DNA of 64,000 bases. Origin: Planctomycetota bacterium (lineage in GTDB: Bacteria > Planctomycetota > PLA2 > JAEUHO01). Below the pieces are notes generated by a model that worked only from the letters and a program-made list of their open reading frames with translations, did no database searches and was not told the origin of the DNA. The translations under genes were made by a program, and so were the position numbers. This document shows, in pieces, positions 47,279 to 56,464 of the stretch (positions within the stretch are counted from its first letter, which is position 1; each line of letters opens with the position of its first letter). The stretch spans positions 160,001 through 224,000 of the forward strand of contig JBFWRP010000002.1 in NCBI GenBank assembly GCA_050248855.1. Direction: 5' to 3'.

Positions 47279-47325
47279 GGTGCCAGCCGGCTACGGATGG
47301 ACCCCGAGGTCCCCGCGGAGGTTCC

Positions 47326-48576
47326 ATGTCCCGACGTCTTGCCACCTCCTTCGCCTGGGCGGGCGTCCTCGCCGCCGGCCTCCTGACCGGCCGCGGCGTG
47401 TCCCACGCCGAGCCGCCTGCGACCCCCGTCGTCGTCGCCCCGGTCCAGGAGGTGCCCGTCGGCACGGACCGCTCGTACGTGGGCACGATCCGCGCCGATC
47501 GCCGCGGCATGGCCGGCGTCGAGATCGCGGGCTACGTGGAGTGGGTCGACATCCCCGAAGGCGTGGCGGTCGAGGCCGAGCACGTCCTGGCCCGCCTGCG
47601 CCAGGACAGCCTCGTGCCGCGCATCGCGGAGGCCGCAGCCGAGCTGGAGCTCCGCCAGCAGGAGCTCGCCGAGCTGGAAGCGGGGGCCCGACCCGAGGAG
47701 ATCGAGCAGGCCGAGGCCGAGCTGCTGTCGGCGCGCGCCGATCTCGACACCTACGCATGGAAGCTCGAGGCCACCGAGCGCCTCCGCGAGCAGACCCGTG
47801 TCACGGAAGAGGAGCTGCGCGAGGCCCGTCGCATGGTCGAGACGACGCGGGCCCGCATTCGTCAGCTCGAGGCCGCGCTTGCGCTGCTGCGCGCGGGCCC
47901 GCGCGCCGAGCGCAAGGCGCAGGCCCGCGCGCGCGTCGCGGCGCAGGAGGCTGTCGTGGCGCGTCTCGAGGACGAGAAGCGTCGCCACGAGATCGTGGCT
48001 CCCTTCCCCGGCACCATCCTGCGCCGGCTCGTGGAGGCGGGCAGCTGGGTGGCTCCGGGCCAGGCCGTGGCCGAGCTCGTCGACATGACCCACCTCGATG
48101 TCGAAGTACCGGTGCTCGAAGACGACCTCCCCCGCCTGCGCGAGGGACTCGAGGTCACGGTCGAAGTCGACGCGCTTCCCGGCCGCCTCGTCACCGGCAC
48201 GATCCACCGCCTGATGCCCGTCGTGGACCCCAAGGCGCGCACGCTGCCCGTACGCGTCCGCCTGCCGGGGCGCGAGGACGAGCGCGGCAAGCTGCTGCGG
48301 CCCGGCATGTTCTGCCGCGTCCACTTCGCCTCGGGGCCCGAGCGCCTGGCGCTCGTCGTGCCCAAGGACGCCATCGTGCTCGGGCAGCGCGATCCTTTCG
48401 TCTACGTCGTGGACGCGGCAAGCTCCACCGTGCGACCCGTCTCCGTCCGCCTGGGCGTGGCCGTGGGTGACGACATCGAGGTGCAGGGGCCGCTGGCCGC
48501 AGGTGCCCAGGTCGTCGTGCGCGGCAACGAGCGCCTGCGTCCCGGCATGCCCGTCCGCGCGGAGTCGGCTCGATGA
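47326..48576 (+). CDS. RND efflux membrane fusion protein
   Basis: GGAGG RBS, GARPEEI hairpin, APFPG, LRPGMF, GNERLRPG. Confidence 0.9.
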   Translation: MSRRLATSFAWAGVLAAGLLTGRGVSHAEPPATPVVVAPVQEVPVGTDRSYVGTIRADRRGMAGVEIAGYVEWVDIPEGVAVEAEHVLARLRQDSLVPRIAEAAAELELRQQELAELEAGARPEEIEQAEAELLSARADLDTYAWKLEATERLREQTRVTEEELREARRMVETTRARIRQLEAALALLRAGPRAERKAQARARVAAQEAVVARLEDEKRRHEIVAPFPGTILRRLVEAGSWVAPGQAVAELVDMTHLDVEVPVLEDDLPRLREGLEVTVEVDALPGRLVTGTIHRLMPVVDPKARTLPVRVRLPGREDERGKLLRPGMFCRVHFASGPERLALVVPKDAIVLGQRDPFVYVVDAASSTVRPVSVRLGVAVGDDIEVQGPLAAGAQVVVRGNERLRPGMPVRAESAR

Positions 48577-51500
48577 ATCTCGTCGCCAGCTTCGTGCGCA
48601 ACCCCGTCAAGGTCACGGTGGGGGCGCTCCTGCTCGCCCTCTTCGGCGCGATCGCGTTGAGCCGCATGCCCATGCAGCTCGTGCCGGAGGTGCAGACGCC
48701 GGTCATCACGATCGAGACGACGTGGCCCGGTGCAAGCCCCCAGGAGATCGAGCGCGAGATCGTCCAGGAGCAGGAAGAGCAGCTGAAGGGCGTCGAGGGC
48801 GTCACCAAGATGTCCGCCGAGTGCATGGACTCCAAGGCCACGATCACGCTCGAGTTCGCAGCGGGCGAGGACATGTCCGCGGCGCTCCTGCGCGTCAACA
48901 CGCGCCTGCAGCAGGTGCGCGAGTACCCCGAGAACGCCGACCAGCCCGTCTTGAGCTCGGCCAGCTCCAACGACCAGCCGATCGCCTGGTTCATCCTCCG
49001 CCCGCGCCTGCCCACGCAGGACGAGCTGGCCGCGTTCCAGGACGCCAACCCCGAGCTGCGGGAGGCGCTCGACCCGGCCCGCCGTGCCATCTCCACGGGC
49101 ATGCTCCACAGCCGCCTGATCGAGGCCGCCGCGAAGCACGAGGCGCTGCGCCAGCTGCTGCCCCCGGACATCGAGCTGTCCAAGGAGCGACGCTTCGCCG
49201 AGGACGAGATCGAGGCGCGCTTCGAGCGCGTCGGCGGCGTGTCCAACAGCGACGTGCTCGGCGGCCGCGAGGACGAGCTGCAGATCCTCATCGACCCGCA
49301 GCGCCTGGCCGCACGCGGCGTGACCATCCTCGACGTGCGGCGGGCGCTGGCCGCGCGCAACACCGACGTCTCGGCCGGCGACTACTGGGAGGGCAAGCGC
49401 CGCTACGTCGTGCGCACCCTGGGCCGCTTCAAGAACCCGCCGGACGTCGCTTCCACCGTGATCTTGGAGGACGGCCCGGCGGGCCAGGTCCTGCTCTCCG
49501 ACGTCGCCGAGGTCAAGACGGACTACAAGAAGCCCGACGGCGTGGTGCGCAACATGGGCACGGAAGTGCTCGCCATTCGCGTCATCCGCAACCGTTCCGC
49601 CAACGTGTTGGAGGTCATGGAGGGCCTCTACGCGGCGCGCCAGGAGCTCAACGAGGGCGTGCTCAAGACGCGCGGACTCCAGCTGGACCAGGTCTACGAC
49701 GAGACGGAGTACATCCACTCCTCCGTGGGGTTGCTCCAAGACAACATCCTGCTGGCCGCCGTCCTCACCGTCATCGTGCTGCTCGTGTTCCTGCGCAGCG
49801 CCCGCAGCACCCTGGTCATTGCCCTCGCCATTCCCACGAGCCTGATCGGCACGTTCCTCCTGCTCGACCTGATGGGGCGCTCGCTCAACGTCGTCAGCCT
49901 GGCGGGCTTGGCCTTCGCCGTGGGCATGCTCGTGGACAACGCGGTGGTCGTCCTGGAGAACATCTACCGCCGTTACCAGATGGGCTCCCGCCGCTTCGCC
50001 GCGGCGGTGGACGGCACGCGCGAGGTGTGGGGCGCCGTCGTGTCGTCCACCCTGACCACGCTGGCCGTCTTCATCCCGATCCTGTTCATCGAGGAGGAGG
50101 CCGGTCAGCTCTTCCGCGACATCGCCCTGGCCATCAGCTGCTCGGTGGGCCTGTCGCTGATCGTGTCCGTGACACTGATCCCGATGCTCACGGCGCGCAT
50201 CCTCCCCACCCAGGCGAAGCGCGAGCAGCAGGGCAAGGGCTTCCTCGAGGTGGTCTTCAAGCCGCTTGATCCCCTCGCCCGGGGCTTCGTGGGCGGTGTC
50301 GTCGGCATCCACGCCTGGCTCGAGCGGGGCGTGCTGCGCCAGCTGGCCGTCGTGGTCGCCCTCGTGGCGGGCGCGTGGTTCACGAGCACGGCGCTGATGC
50401 CCAAGCTCGAGTACCTGCCCAACGGCAACCGCAACCTGGTCTTCGGCATCGTGCTGCCACCACCCGGCTACAATCTGGACGAGCTGGTGGCGCTCGGCGA
50501 GACGATCGAGAAGCAGGTCGCTCCCCTCTGGAACGTGGAGCCCGGCAGCGACGAGGCGAAGAAGCTCGACGGACCGCCGCTGAACCACTTCTTCTTCGTC
50601 GCGCGCGGTCGCCAGGTGTTCATCGGCATGCGCGCCCACGACCCGCTGCGGGCGGGGGGCTTGGTGCCGGTCATGCAGCGCATCGGGGCCACCCTGCCGG
50701 GCACGTTCCTCGTGGCGAGCCAAGCCAGCCTGTTCGAGCGAGGCCTGACGGGTGGACGCTCCATCGACGTCGAGATCACGGGGCCGCAGCTGGAGCACTT
50801 GGTCGCGGTCGGCGGCCAGGCGCTGGGCAAGGTCTTCGGCTTGATCCCCGGTGTCCAGGCGCGGCCCGTACCGAGCCTGGATCTCTCCAACCCCGAGGTC
50901 CACGTGGTGCCGCGCTGGTCGCGGGCGGCCGCCGTGGGCCTGGGCGCCGACGAGATCGGCTACACCGTGAACGCGCTGGTCGATGGCGCGTACGCGGGCG
51001 ATTACCTGGTCGAAGGCGAGAAGATCGACATGACCATCGTGGGCCGCGAGACGTTCGCCTCGCGCCTGGAGGACCTTGGCGAGCTGGCGATTGCCACGCC
51101 CACGGGCGACCTCGTCCCGCTGCGCGCCGTGGCCGACGTGCAGCTTGCGTCCGGCCCCGAGCAGATCGATCGCCGCGAGCGCGAGCGGGCCATCACGATC
51201 CGCATCACGCCGCCGGAGACCGTGCCGCTCGAGGAGGCGATCGAGATGGTCACGGAGTCCATCGTGAAGCCGCTGGAGGCGACGCCGGTCGAGCAGGGCG
51301 GCATCCAAGGTGGTCCGTACCAGATCCGCCTGGCCGGCACCGCCGACAAGCTCTCTGCCACCTGGAAGGCCATGTCCTTCAACCTGATCCTGGCGGTCCT
51401 GATCACCTACTTGCTGATGGCCGCGCTCTTCGAGAGCTGGCTCCACCCGTTCGTCATCCTGTTCAGCGTGCCGCTCGGCGCCGCGGGTGGCATCGCCGGA

Positions 51501-51926
51501 CTCTGGGCGCTCAACCAGTACGTGCTGCCTGCCGGCACGGTCCAGGCCCTCGATGTGCTCACGATGATCGGGTTCGTCATCCTGGTCGGTACGGTGGTGA
51601 ACAACGCGATCCTGATCGTCCACCAGAGCCTGATCCACATCCGCGACGAGAACGACCCCGTGCGCGAGGCCGTCCGCAAGAGCGTCGCGTCGCGCATCCG
51701 GCCCATCTTCATGACGGTCACCACGACCATCCTGGGTCTGATGCCGTTGGTGCTCCGGCCGGGCGCGGGCAGCGAGCTCTACCGTGGCCTGGGCAGCGTG
51801 CTCGTGGGCGGCTTGCTCGTGTCCACGGTGTTCACGCTGTTCCTCGTGCCCACCCTCTTCCGCCTCGTGATGGCGGCCAAGGGGAGCTTGGCACGTGTGC
51901 TGCGGCTGGGCCCGGCGGACGCGTAG
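48573..51926 (+). CDS. RND efflux permease
   Basis: 1117 aa; GMLVDNAVVVLENI, RIRPIFMT. Confidence 0.93.
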   Translation: MNLVASFVRNPVKVTVGALLLALFGAIALSRMPMQLVPEVQTPVITIETTWPGASPQEIEREIVQEQEEQLKGVEGVTKMSAECMDSKATITLEFAAGEDMSAALLRVNTRLQQVREYPENADQPVLSSASSNDQPIAWFILRPRLPTQDELAAFQDANPELREALDPARRAISTGMLHSRLIEAAAKHEALRQLLPPDIELSKERRFAEDEIEARFERVGGVSNSDVLGGREDELQILIDPQRLAARGVTILDVRRALAARNTDVSAGDYWEGKRRYVVRTLGRFKNPPDVASTVILEDGPAGQVLLSDVAEVKTDYKKPDGVVRNMGTEVLAIRVIRNRSANVLEVMEGLYAARQELNEGVLKTRGLQLDQVYDETEYIHSSVGLLQDNILLAAVLTVIVLLVFLRSARSTLVIALAIPTSLIGTFLLLDLMGRSLNVVSLAGLAFAVGMLVDNAVVVLENIYRRYQMGSRRFAAAVDGTREVWGAVVSSTLTTLAVFIPILFIEEEAGQLFRDIALAISCSVGLSLIVSVTLIPMLTARILPTQAKREQQGKGFLEVVFKPLDPLARGFVGGVVGIHAWLERGVLRQLAVVVALVAGAWFTSTALMPKLEYLPNGNRNLVFGIVLPPPGYNLDELVALGETIEKQVAPLWNVEPGSDEAKKLDGPPLNHFFFVARGRQVFIGMRAHDPLRAGGLVPVMQRIGATLPGTFLVASQASLFERGLTGGRSIDVEITGPQLEHLVAVGGQALGKVFGLIPGVQARPVPSLDLSNPEVHVVPRWSRAAAVGLGADEIGYTVNALVDGAYAGDYLVEGEKIDMTIVGRETFASRLEDLGELAIATPTGDLVPLRAVADVQLASGPEQIDRRERERAITIRITPPETVPLEEAIEMVTESIVKPLEATPVEQGGIQGGPYQIRLAGTADKLSATWKAMSFNLILAVLITYLLMAALFESWLHPFVILFSVPLGAAGGIAGLWALNQYVLPAGTVQALDVLTMIGFVILVGTVVNNAILIVHQSLIHIRDENDPVREAVRKSVASRIRPIFMTVTTTILGLMPLVLRPGAGSELYRGLGSVLVGGLLVSTVFTLFLVPTLFRLVMAAKGSLARVLRLGPADA

Positions 51927-51945
51927 CTGCGTACTACTACCCCCG

Positions 51946-52998
51946 CTACGACGGGCGGCGCCGCGGCCAGACGGACAGGGCCACGGCCATCACCAGGAGC
52001 GGCAAGCCGACACCGAGCAGGGCGTCGCGGTAGCCCGGGAGCGAAGCGACGTCGGTCTCGGCCAGTACGAGGTAGGTGGCGTAGGCCGCGTAGCCCAGCA
52101 AGAGCACGAGTCCCTCCCCGCGGGCCAAGCGCCCGCCGGAGAAGGCCAGCGGCACCACGACGATCGTCGCACCGAGCATGACGGGGATGTCGAAGGCCGA
52201 CGTCGCATCGGCCACGGGCAAGCCGCTCGAGCTCGTGACCGCCGCCGCGCCCAGCACGCCGAGCAGGTTGAAGACATTGCTGCCCACCACGTTGCCGACG
52301 GCGATGTCGCGCTCGCCGCGGGCCGCGGCCACGACGGACGTGGCGACTTCGGGCAGGCTCGTGCCCGCGCTGACGATCGTGAGGCCGATGACGCGTTCGT
52401 CGACGCCGAGGGCCGCGGCGAGGGCCGAGGCGCCGGTGACGAAGAGGTCCGCGCCGAACACGAGCAGCCCCAAGCCCCCGCCCACCAGCAGGAGGCTGCG
52501 CGGCAGCGGTGCGGGCGCCGCCTGGAGGGCCCCTTCGGGCGGTTCCTCGGCGCGCGCTCCCCGGATCTGGATGAGCACGTAGAGCAGCAGGCCGGCGAGC
52601 AGGCCGATCCCCTCCCCACGCCCGATCGAGCCGTCCCGGGACAGGGCCACGACGGCGAGCGTCAGCACGAGGAGCAACGGCAAGTCGATGCGCACGATGC
52701 GCCGATGGACCACCAGCGGCGCCACGAGGCTCGACAGGCCCAGGATGAACAACACGTTGAAGGTGTTGCTGCCGATCACGTTGCCGAGCGCGAGGTCGCC
52801 CGCGCCCCGCAGCGAGGCCCCGACGGAGACGGCGACTTCCGGGGCGCTGGTCCCGAAGGCGACGACGGTCAGCCCGACGACCAGCGGGCCCACGCCCAAG
52901 CGGCGAGCCAGCGCGGCGGCACCGCGAACCAGGAGGTCGGCGCCGACCAGCAGCGCCACCAAGCCACCCACGAGACGCGCGGCGGTCACGAGGTCCAT
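51946..52998 (-). CDS. Calcium/sodium antiporter (YrbG family)
   Basis: Alpha repeats GTSAPE...GNVIGSN and GTSLPE...GNVVGSN. Confidence 0.93.
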   Translation of the reverse strand: MDLVTAARLVGGLVALLVGADLLVRGAAALARRLGVGPLVVGLTVVAFGTSAPEVAVSVGASLRGAGDLALGNVIGSNTFNVLFILGLSSLVAPLVVHRRIVRIDLPLLLVLTLAVVALSRDGSIGRGEGIGLLAGLLLYVLIQIRGARAEEPPEGALQAAPAPLPRSLLLVGGGLGLLVFGADLFVTGASALAAALGVDERVIGLTIVSAGTSLPEVATSVVAAARGERDIAVGNVVGSNVFNLLGVLGAAAVTSSSGLPVADATSAFDIPVMLGATIVVVPLAFSGGRLARGEGLVLLLGYAAYATYLVLAETDVASLPGYRDALLGVGLPLLVMAVALSVWPRRRPS

Positions 52999-53051
52999 GG
53001 GCGGGCAGCCTAGCCGGGCCCGCCCCAGGTCAAGGGTCCCGGCGGGAGTGC

Positions 53052-53078
53052 TTGACATTGCTACGGATGTAGTAGAAT
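53052..53078 (+). promoter_or_regulatory. Promoter with overlapping BlaI/CopY-type operator
   Basis: TTGACA and TAGAAT hexamers (15-bp spacer, short) enclosing the palindrome CTACGGATGTAG, one mismatch from TACAnnTGTA. Confidence 0.65.
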
Positions 53079-53088
53079 CCCCGGCCGC

Positions 53089-53484
53089 ATGGGCGAACCG
53101 CACCTCACCGATGCCGAATGGAAGGTCATGGACGTGGTCTGGGACCGCGGCAGCGTCGCCGTGCGCGAGGTCCACCAAGCCCTCGAGCCCGCCACGAGCT
53201 GGGCGTACACGACCGTGAAGACGCTGCTCGACCGGCTCGTGGACAAGGGCGCCCTCGAAGCGCGTGCGGAGGGCCGGCGCTGGCTCTACACGGCGGTCGT
53301 GCGTCGTGAAGAGGCCCAGCGCGGCGAGCTCGAGGCCTTGCGCGCCAAGGCGTTCGGCGGCCGCCTGGGCGGCATGCTCCACCTGCTGCTGGGGGAGGGG
53401 CGCCTGGGCGCCCGGGACCGCGAGGCGCTCGAGAAGCTGGTGCGGCGTCTGGAGTCCGCCGACCGCGAGGAGGGCGAGGTGTGA
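53089..53484 (+). CDS. BlaI/MecI/CopY family repressor
   Basis: LTDAEWKVMDVVW, WAYTTVKTLLDRLVDKG. Confidence 0.93.
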   Translation: MGEPHLTDAEWKVMDVVWDRGSVAVREVHQALEPATSWAYTTVKTLLDRLVDKGALEARAEGRRWLYTAVVRREEAQRGELEALRAKAFGGRLGGMLHLLLGEGRLGARDREALEKLVRRLESADREEGEV

Positions 53485-54650
53485 ACGAGCTCGCCGCGCC
53501 GCTCCTTGGCGACCTCGCGCGCGGGTTGCTCGACAGCAGCGTGCTCGTCGTGCTCGCCCTCGTGGCGGAGCGGACGGTGCTGCGCGGTCGGCGCGCCGTG
53601 GTCCGTTCCACGCTGTGGCTGGCCGTGCTCGCGCGTCTCGCGTTGCCCTGGGGCTGGTTGGCCGAGCAGCTGCCCGTCGGCACCTGGTCGGCCGGCTGGG
53701 GCGCGGTGGCGCAGCAGGCGAGCGAGGGCGTGGCGTCGGCCGCGTCGAGCGCGCCCGGCGGCGGCGCCCTGCTGCTCATCACGTGGCTCGCCGTGGCGGC
53801 CCTGCTGATCGCGCGCGGGGGCTGGGTCCTCCAGCGCACTTCGCGGCGCTGGCGTCGCGCGAGCGCGCCGGCGCCGAGCGCGACGCGGCGCGAGGCGTCG
53901 CGCATCGCCAAGCGCCTCGGCCTGCGTCGCACGCCCGAAGTGCGCGTGGCGAGCGGGCTGGCCTCGGCCTTCGTGATCGGCGTGCGGAGGCCCCTCGTGG
54001 TCCTGCCGCGCGATGCGCCGCGCGCCGAGCGCCGCGCGGCGCTCTGGCACGAGCTGGCCCACGTGCGACGGCACGACCTGCTGGCGCAGGCGGCCTTCGC
54101 CATCGTGCACGCACTCTGGTGGCCGCATCCGCTCCTGGGTCTGGCGCGTCGCCGCGCCGCCGCCGCCCGCGAGGTCGCGTGCGATGCGACGGTCACCCGG
54201 GCCCTGGGCGTGCGGGCGTCGCGCTACCGCCAGGCGCTGGGTCAGGTCGCACGACGGGCGCTCGCCGGCTCGCAGCCGCTCGCAGGCGCCGCGGCGTGGC
54301 GCCAGCCTGCGTCGCTGGTCGAGCGGCTCGACGTCCTGCTGCGGCGTCCGCTGCGCGCGCCGCGCCTGGCGCGCGCGGCCGCGGCCGTCCCCACGCTGCT
54401 CGTCACGCTGGGGCTGGCCGCCACCGTGGCCAGCGCGCCGTGGCCGGCGTGGTGGGACGACGCGAGGGCCGCTCGCGCCGAGGCTGCCACGTGGACCACG
54501 CGCCAGCCGGGCCGCGGCTGCACGCCCGGACGCCTCGTCGCCCTCCGTTCGCTCGTGCTGCACGCCGCCCCCGAGGGTGCACGTGGCGCCGAGTCCCCTG
54601 CTCACCCCGAAGGAGAGACATCCCGAGGAAGACGAAGCACTGCTTGCTGA
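53481..54650 (+). CDS. M56 (BlaR1-type) metallopeptidase without a penicillin-binding domain
   Basis: HELAHVRRHD, WWPHPL, REVACD; 4-bp overlap with the repressor gene. Confidence 0.88.
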   Translation: MNELAAPLLGDLARGLLDSSVLVVLALVAERTVLRGRRAVVRSTLWLAVLARLALPWGWLAEQLPVGTWSAGWGAVAQQASEGVASAASSAPGGGALLLITWLAVAALLIARGGWVLQRTSRRWRRASAPAPSATRREASRIAKRLGLRRTPEVRVASGLASAFVIGVRRPLVVLPRDAPRAERRAALWHELAHVRRHDLLAQAAFAIVHALWWPHPLLGLARRRAAAAREVACDATVTRALGVRASRYRQALGQVARRALAGSQPLAGAAAWRQPASLVERLDVLLRRPLRAPRLARAAAAVPTLLVTLGLAATVASAPWPAWWDDARAARAEAATWTTRQPGRGCTPGRLVALRSLVLHAAPEGARGAESPAHPEGETSRGRRSTAC

Positions 54651-55246
54651 CCTTGGCTCTCGCGCTTGGGCTTGGCCTGGCCGCCGTCGGCGCCCGCGTG
54701 GCGCTCGGCGAAGACGAGGCGCCAGCGAACCCGATGGGCCTTCCGCCCGAAGCGCTGGCCCGCATCAAGACGGGCCCTGAACACGCCGAGATGGCTTGGT
54801 ACCTGGGCGACTGGGACGTGTCCATCGAGATCAAGATGCCCGGGGGCATGAAGATGCCGCCTTCGACGGGAACGTGCACCTACAGCTGGCTCATCGAGGG
54901 CCGCTGGATGATCTCGCGCATGAAGGCCCCCATGATGGGCATGCCCGTGGAATGGGCGCATGTCCACGGCTACAACACGATGACCAAGACCTACGAGACG
55001 ATCGGCTTCGACAGCATGTCGAACGACGCGAAGGTCTCTCGCGGCAACAAGGTCACGCAAGACGGCAAGACCTTCGGCTTCCAGGGCATGATGAACGAGT
55101 GGACGAACGGCCAGATCTACAAGCCGTTCCGCACCGTCATGCGCAAGCTCGGCGAGGACAAGTTCGAGCTCGAGATCTGGGACCCGGAGATCGGCCCCAA
55201 CGGCATGGAGGTGATGCGCTTCACCTACACGCGCTGCCCCGCGTAG
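54620..55246 (+). CDS. Exported DUF1579-like protein (start codon uncertain, apparently ATC)
   Basis: GPEH...LGDW, EGRW, GYN...YE...DSM. AAGGAG precedes an in-frame ATC followed by a signal peptide. Confidence 0.7.
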   Translation: MPRKTKHCLLTLALALGLGLAAVGARVALGEDEAPANPMGLPPEALARIKTGPEHAEMAWYLGDWDVSIEIKMPGGMKMPPSTGTCTYSWLIEGRWMISRMKAPMMGMPVEWAHVHGYNTMTKTYETIGFDSMSNDAKVSRGNKVTQDGKTFGFQGMMNEWTNGQIYKPFRTVMRKLGEDKFELEIWDPEIGPNGMEVMRFTYTRCPA

Positions 55247-55281
55247 AGCCTGGGAACCGTCCTCGGGCTCGAACGCGAAGT

Positions 55282-55311
55282 GGGCGCCCTCGCCATGTGG
55301 CGAGGGCGCCC
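55282..55311. terminator. Hairpin between convergent genes
   Basis: GGGCGCCCTCGCC-atgt-GGCGAGGGCGCCC, perfect 13-bp stem. Confidence 0.65.
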
Positions 55312-55370
55312 GGGGGGGCACGCGTACCGATCCCGAAGGGACCAGCACACGTGGGTGTTGTCGCAACGGA

Positions 55371-56216
55371 TCAGTTGAAGGGGTTCGGCAGATCCGGAAG
55401 CGGCGGCAGGTCCGGAAGCTCGGCCCCGAAGTCGAGGTCGAACCAGAGCGGACCGCGGGCGCGGAAGCCAGCCTCCGCACGAGCGATGTCGCGGTAGTCC
55501 TTGCCCGACCAGGTGTGCTTGGTCCACGTGCCTTGCGGCGTGGTCTCGTACACGATGACCTCGGTCGTGTCGGGCTTGACGGTCATGTCCAGCCAAGCGG
55601 CGCGCTCGATCCGGTTGGCGTACGGCTGCGTGCGCAGGCGGTACTCCGGAAGCAGGGCGATGTGGCGGCGCACGACGGCGATCTCGGGACGCGGCTTCAG
55701 CGCCGGGTGGGCGGCGATGATGGCGTCGAGATCCTTGCCGCGGTAGGCGAGGGTCTCGCCGTCGGTCGTCACGTAGAGGATCGCGCCGTTGCCGCGCCAC
55801 GTCTCGTAGCGCACGGGCCCCTCGACGAACGAGACGCGCCAAGGCGCCTCCTGCGCGGACGGCGTGGCCGCTTGGGCCAGGTTGTCGATGGAGGACCTGA
55901 GCACGACGATGTCCTCGTGCTCGGCGAGGGCCGCGTTCTCGTCGAGGATCGTGGCCAGGTCCGGACCGCGGTACACGACGTACGTGTGCGACGGATGATC
56001 GGGCTCGGCACGACGGACGAACAGCGCGACGTCGTCGCTACCGAGCGGCGAGCGAAGCTCGACGGCGCCCGACGTCATGACGCGCACGGGGCCTTCGAGG
56101 CGCACCTCGGCCTTCGTCGCGACGGCGGTGTCACCGGCCATGTCGTCGGCGAGGGCCCCTGGCGCGAACAGGCCGCAGCAAGCTGCTGCGGCAAGCAGGG
56201 GGAGGGGGGAACGCAT
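55371..56216 (-). CDS. Hypothetical exported protein
   Basis: AAGGAG RBS, signal peptide MRSPLPLLAAAACC...ALA; internal YRGPDL/YRGKDL/WSGKDY motifs. Confidence 0.65.
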   Translation of the reverse strand: MRSPLPLLAAAACCGLFAPGALADDMAGDTAVATKAEVRLEGPVRVMTSGAVELRSPLGSDDVALFVRRAEPDHPSHTYVVYRGPDLATILDENAALAEHEDIVVLRSSIDNLAQAATPSAQEAPWRVSFVEGPVRYETWRGNGAILYVTTDGETLAYRGKDLDAIIAAHPALKPRPEIAVVRRHIALLPEYRLRTQPYANRIERAAWLDMTVKPDTTEVIVYETTPQGTWTKHTWSGKDYRDIARAEAGFRARGPLWFDLDFGAELPDLPPLPDLPNPFN

Positions 56217-56273
56217 GGGAGCTCCTTCGTTGGCGAGGCCGCCGGATGCAGCCTCGGAGTAGGAGCGCCTGCT

Positions 56274-56289
56274 CGCAGGCCGCGTGCCA
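56274..56289 (-). promoter_or_regulatory. Sigma54 -24/-12 promoter
   Basis: Minus strand reads TTGGCACGCGGCCTGCG with exact spacing, about 60 bp upstream of the start at 56216. Confidence 0.65.
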
Positions 56290-56464
56290 AGGGCGGGGGC
56301 CGGGCGACGACCACCCGCCAGGGCCCTGAAGGCAAGGCGCGGGGGCGTATCCATCGCCCGCGTACCGCGTGCCCGTTGCCTGCGGGCACGTACCCGCACG
56401 AAACGGGGGAGGCCGTCCCGGCAACAGCCGCCTCGCGGCGGCACGCGCCTCCCGCTTGCGTACG

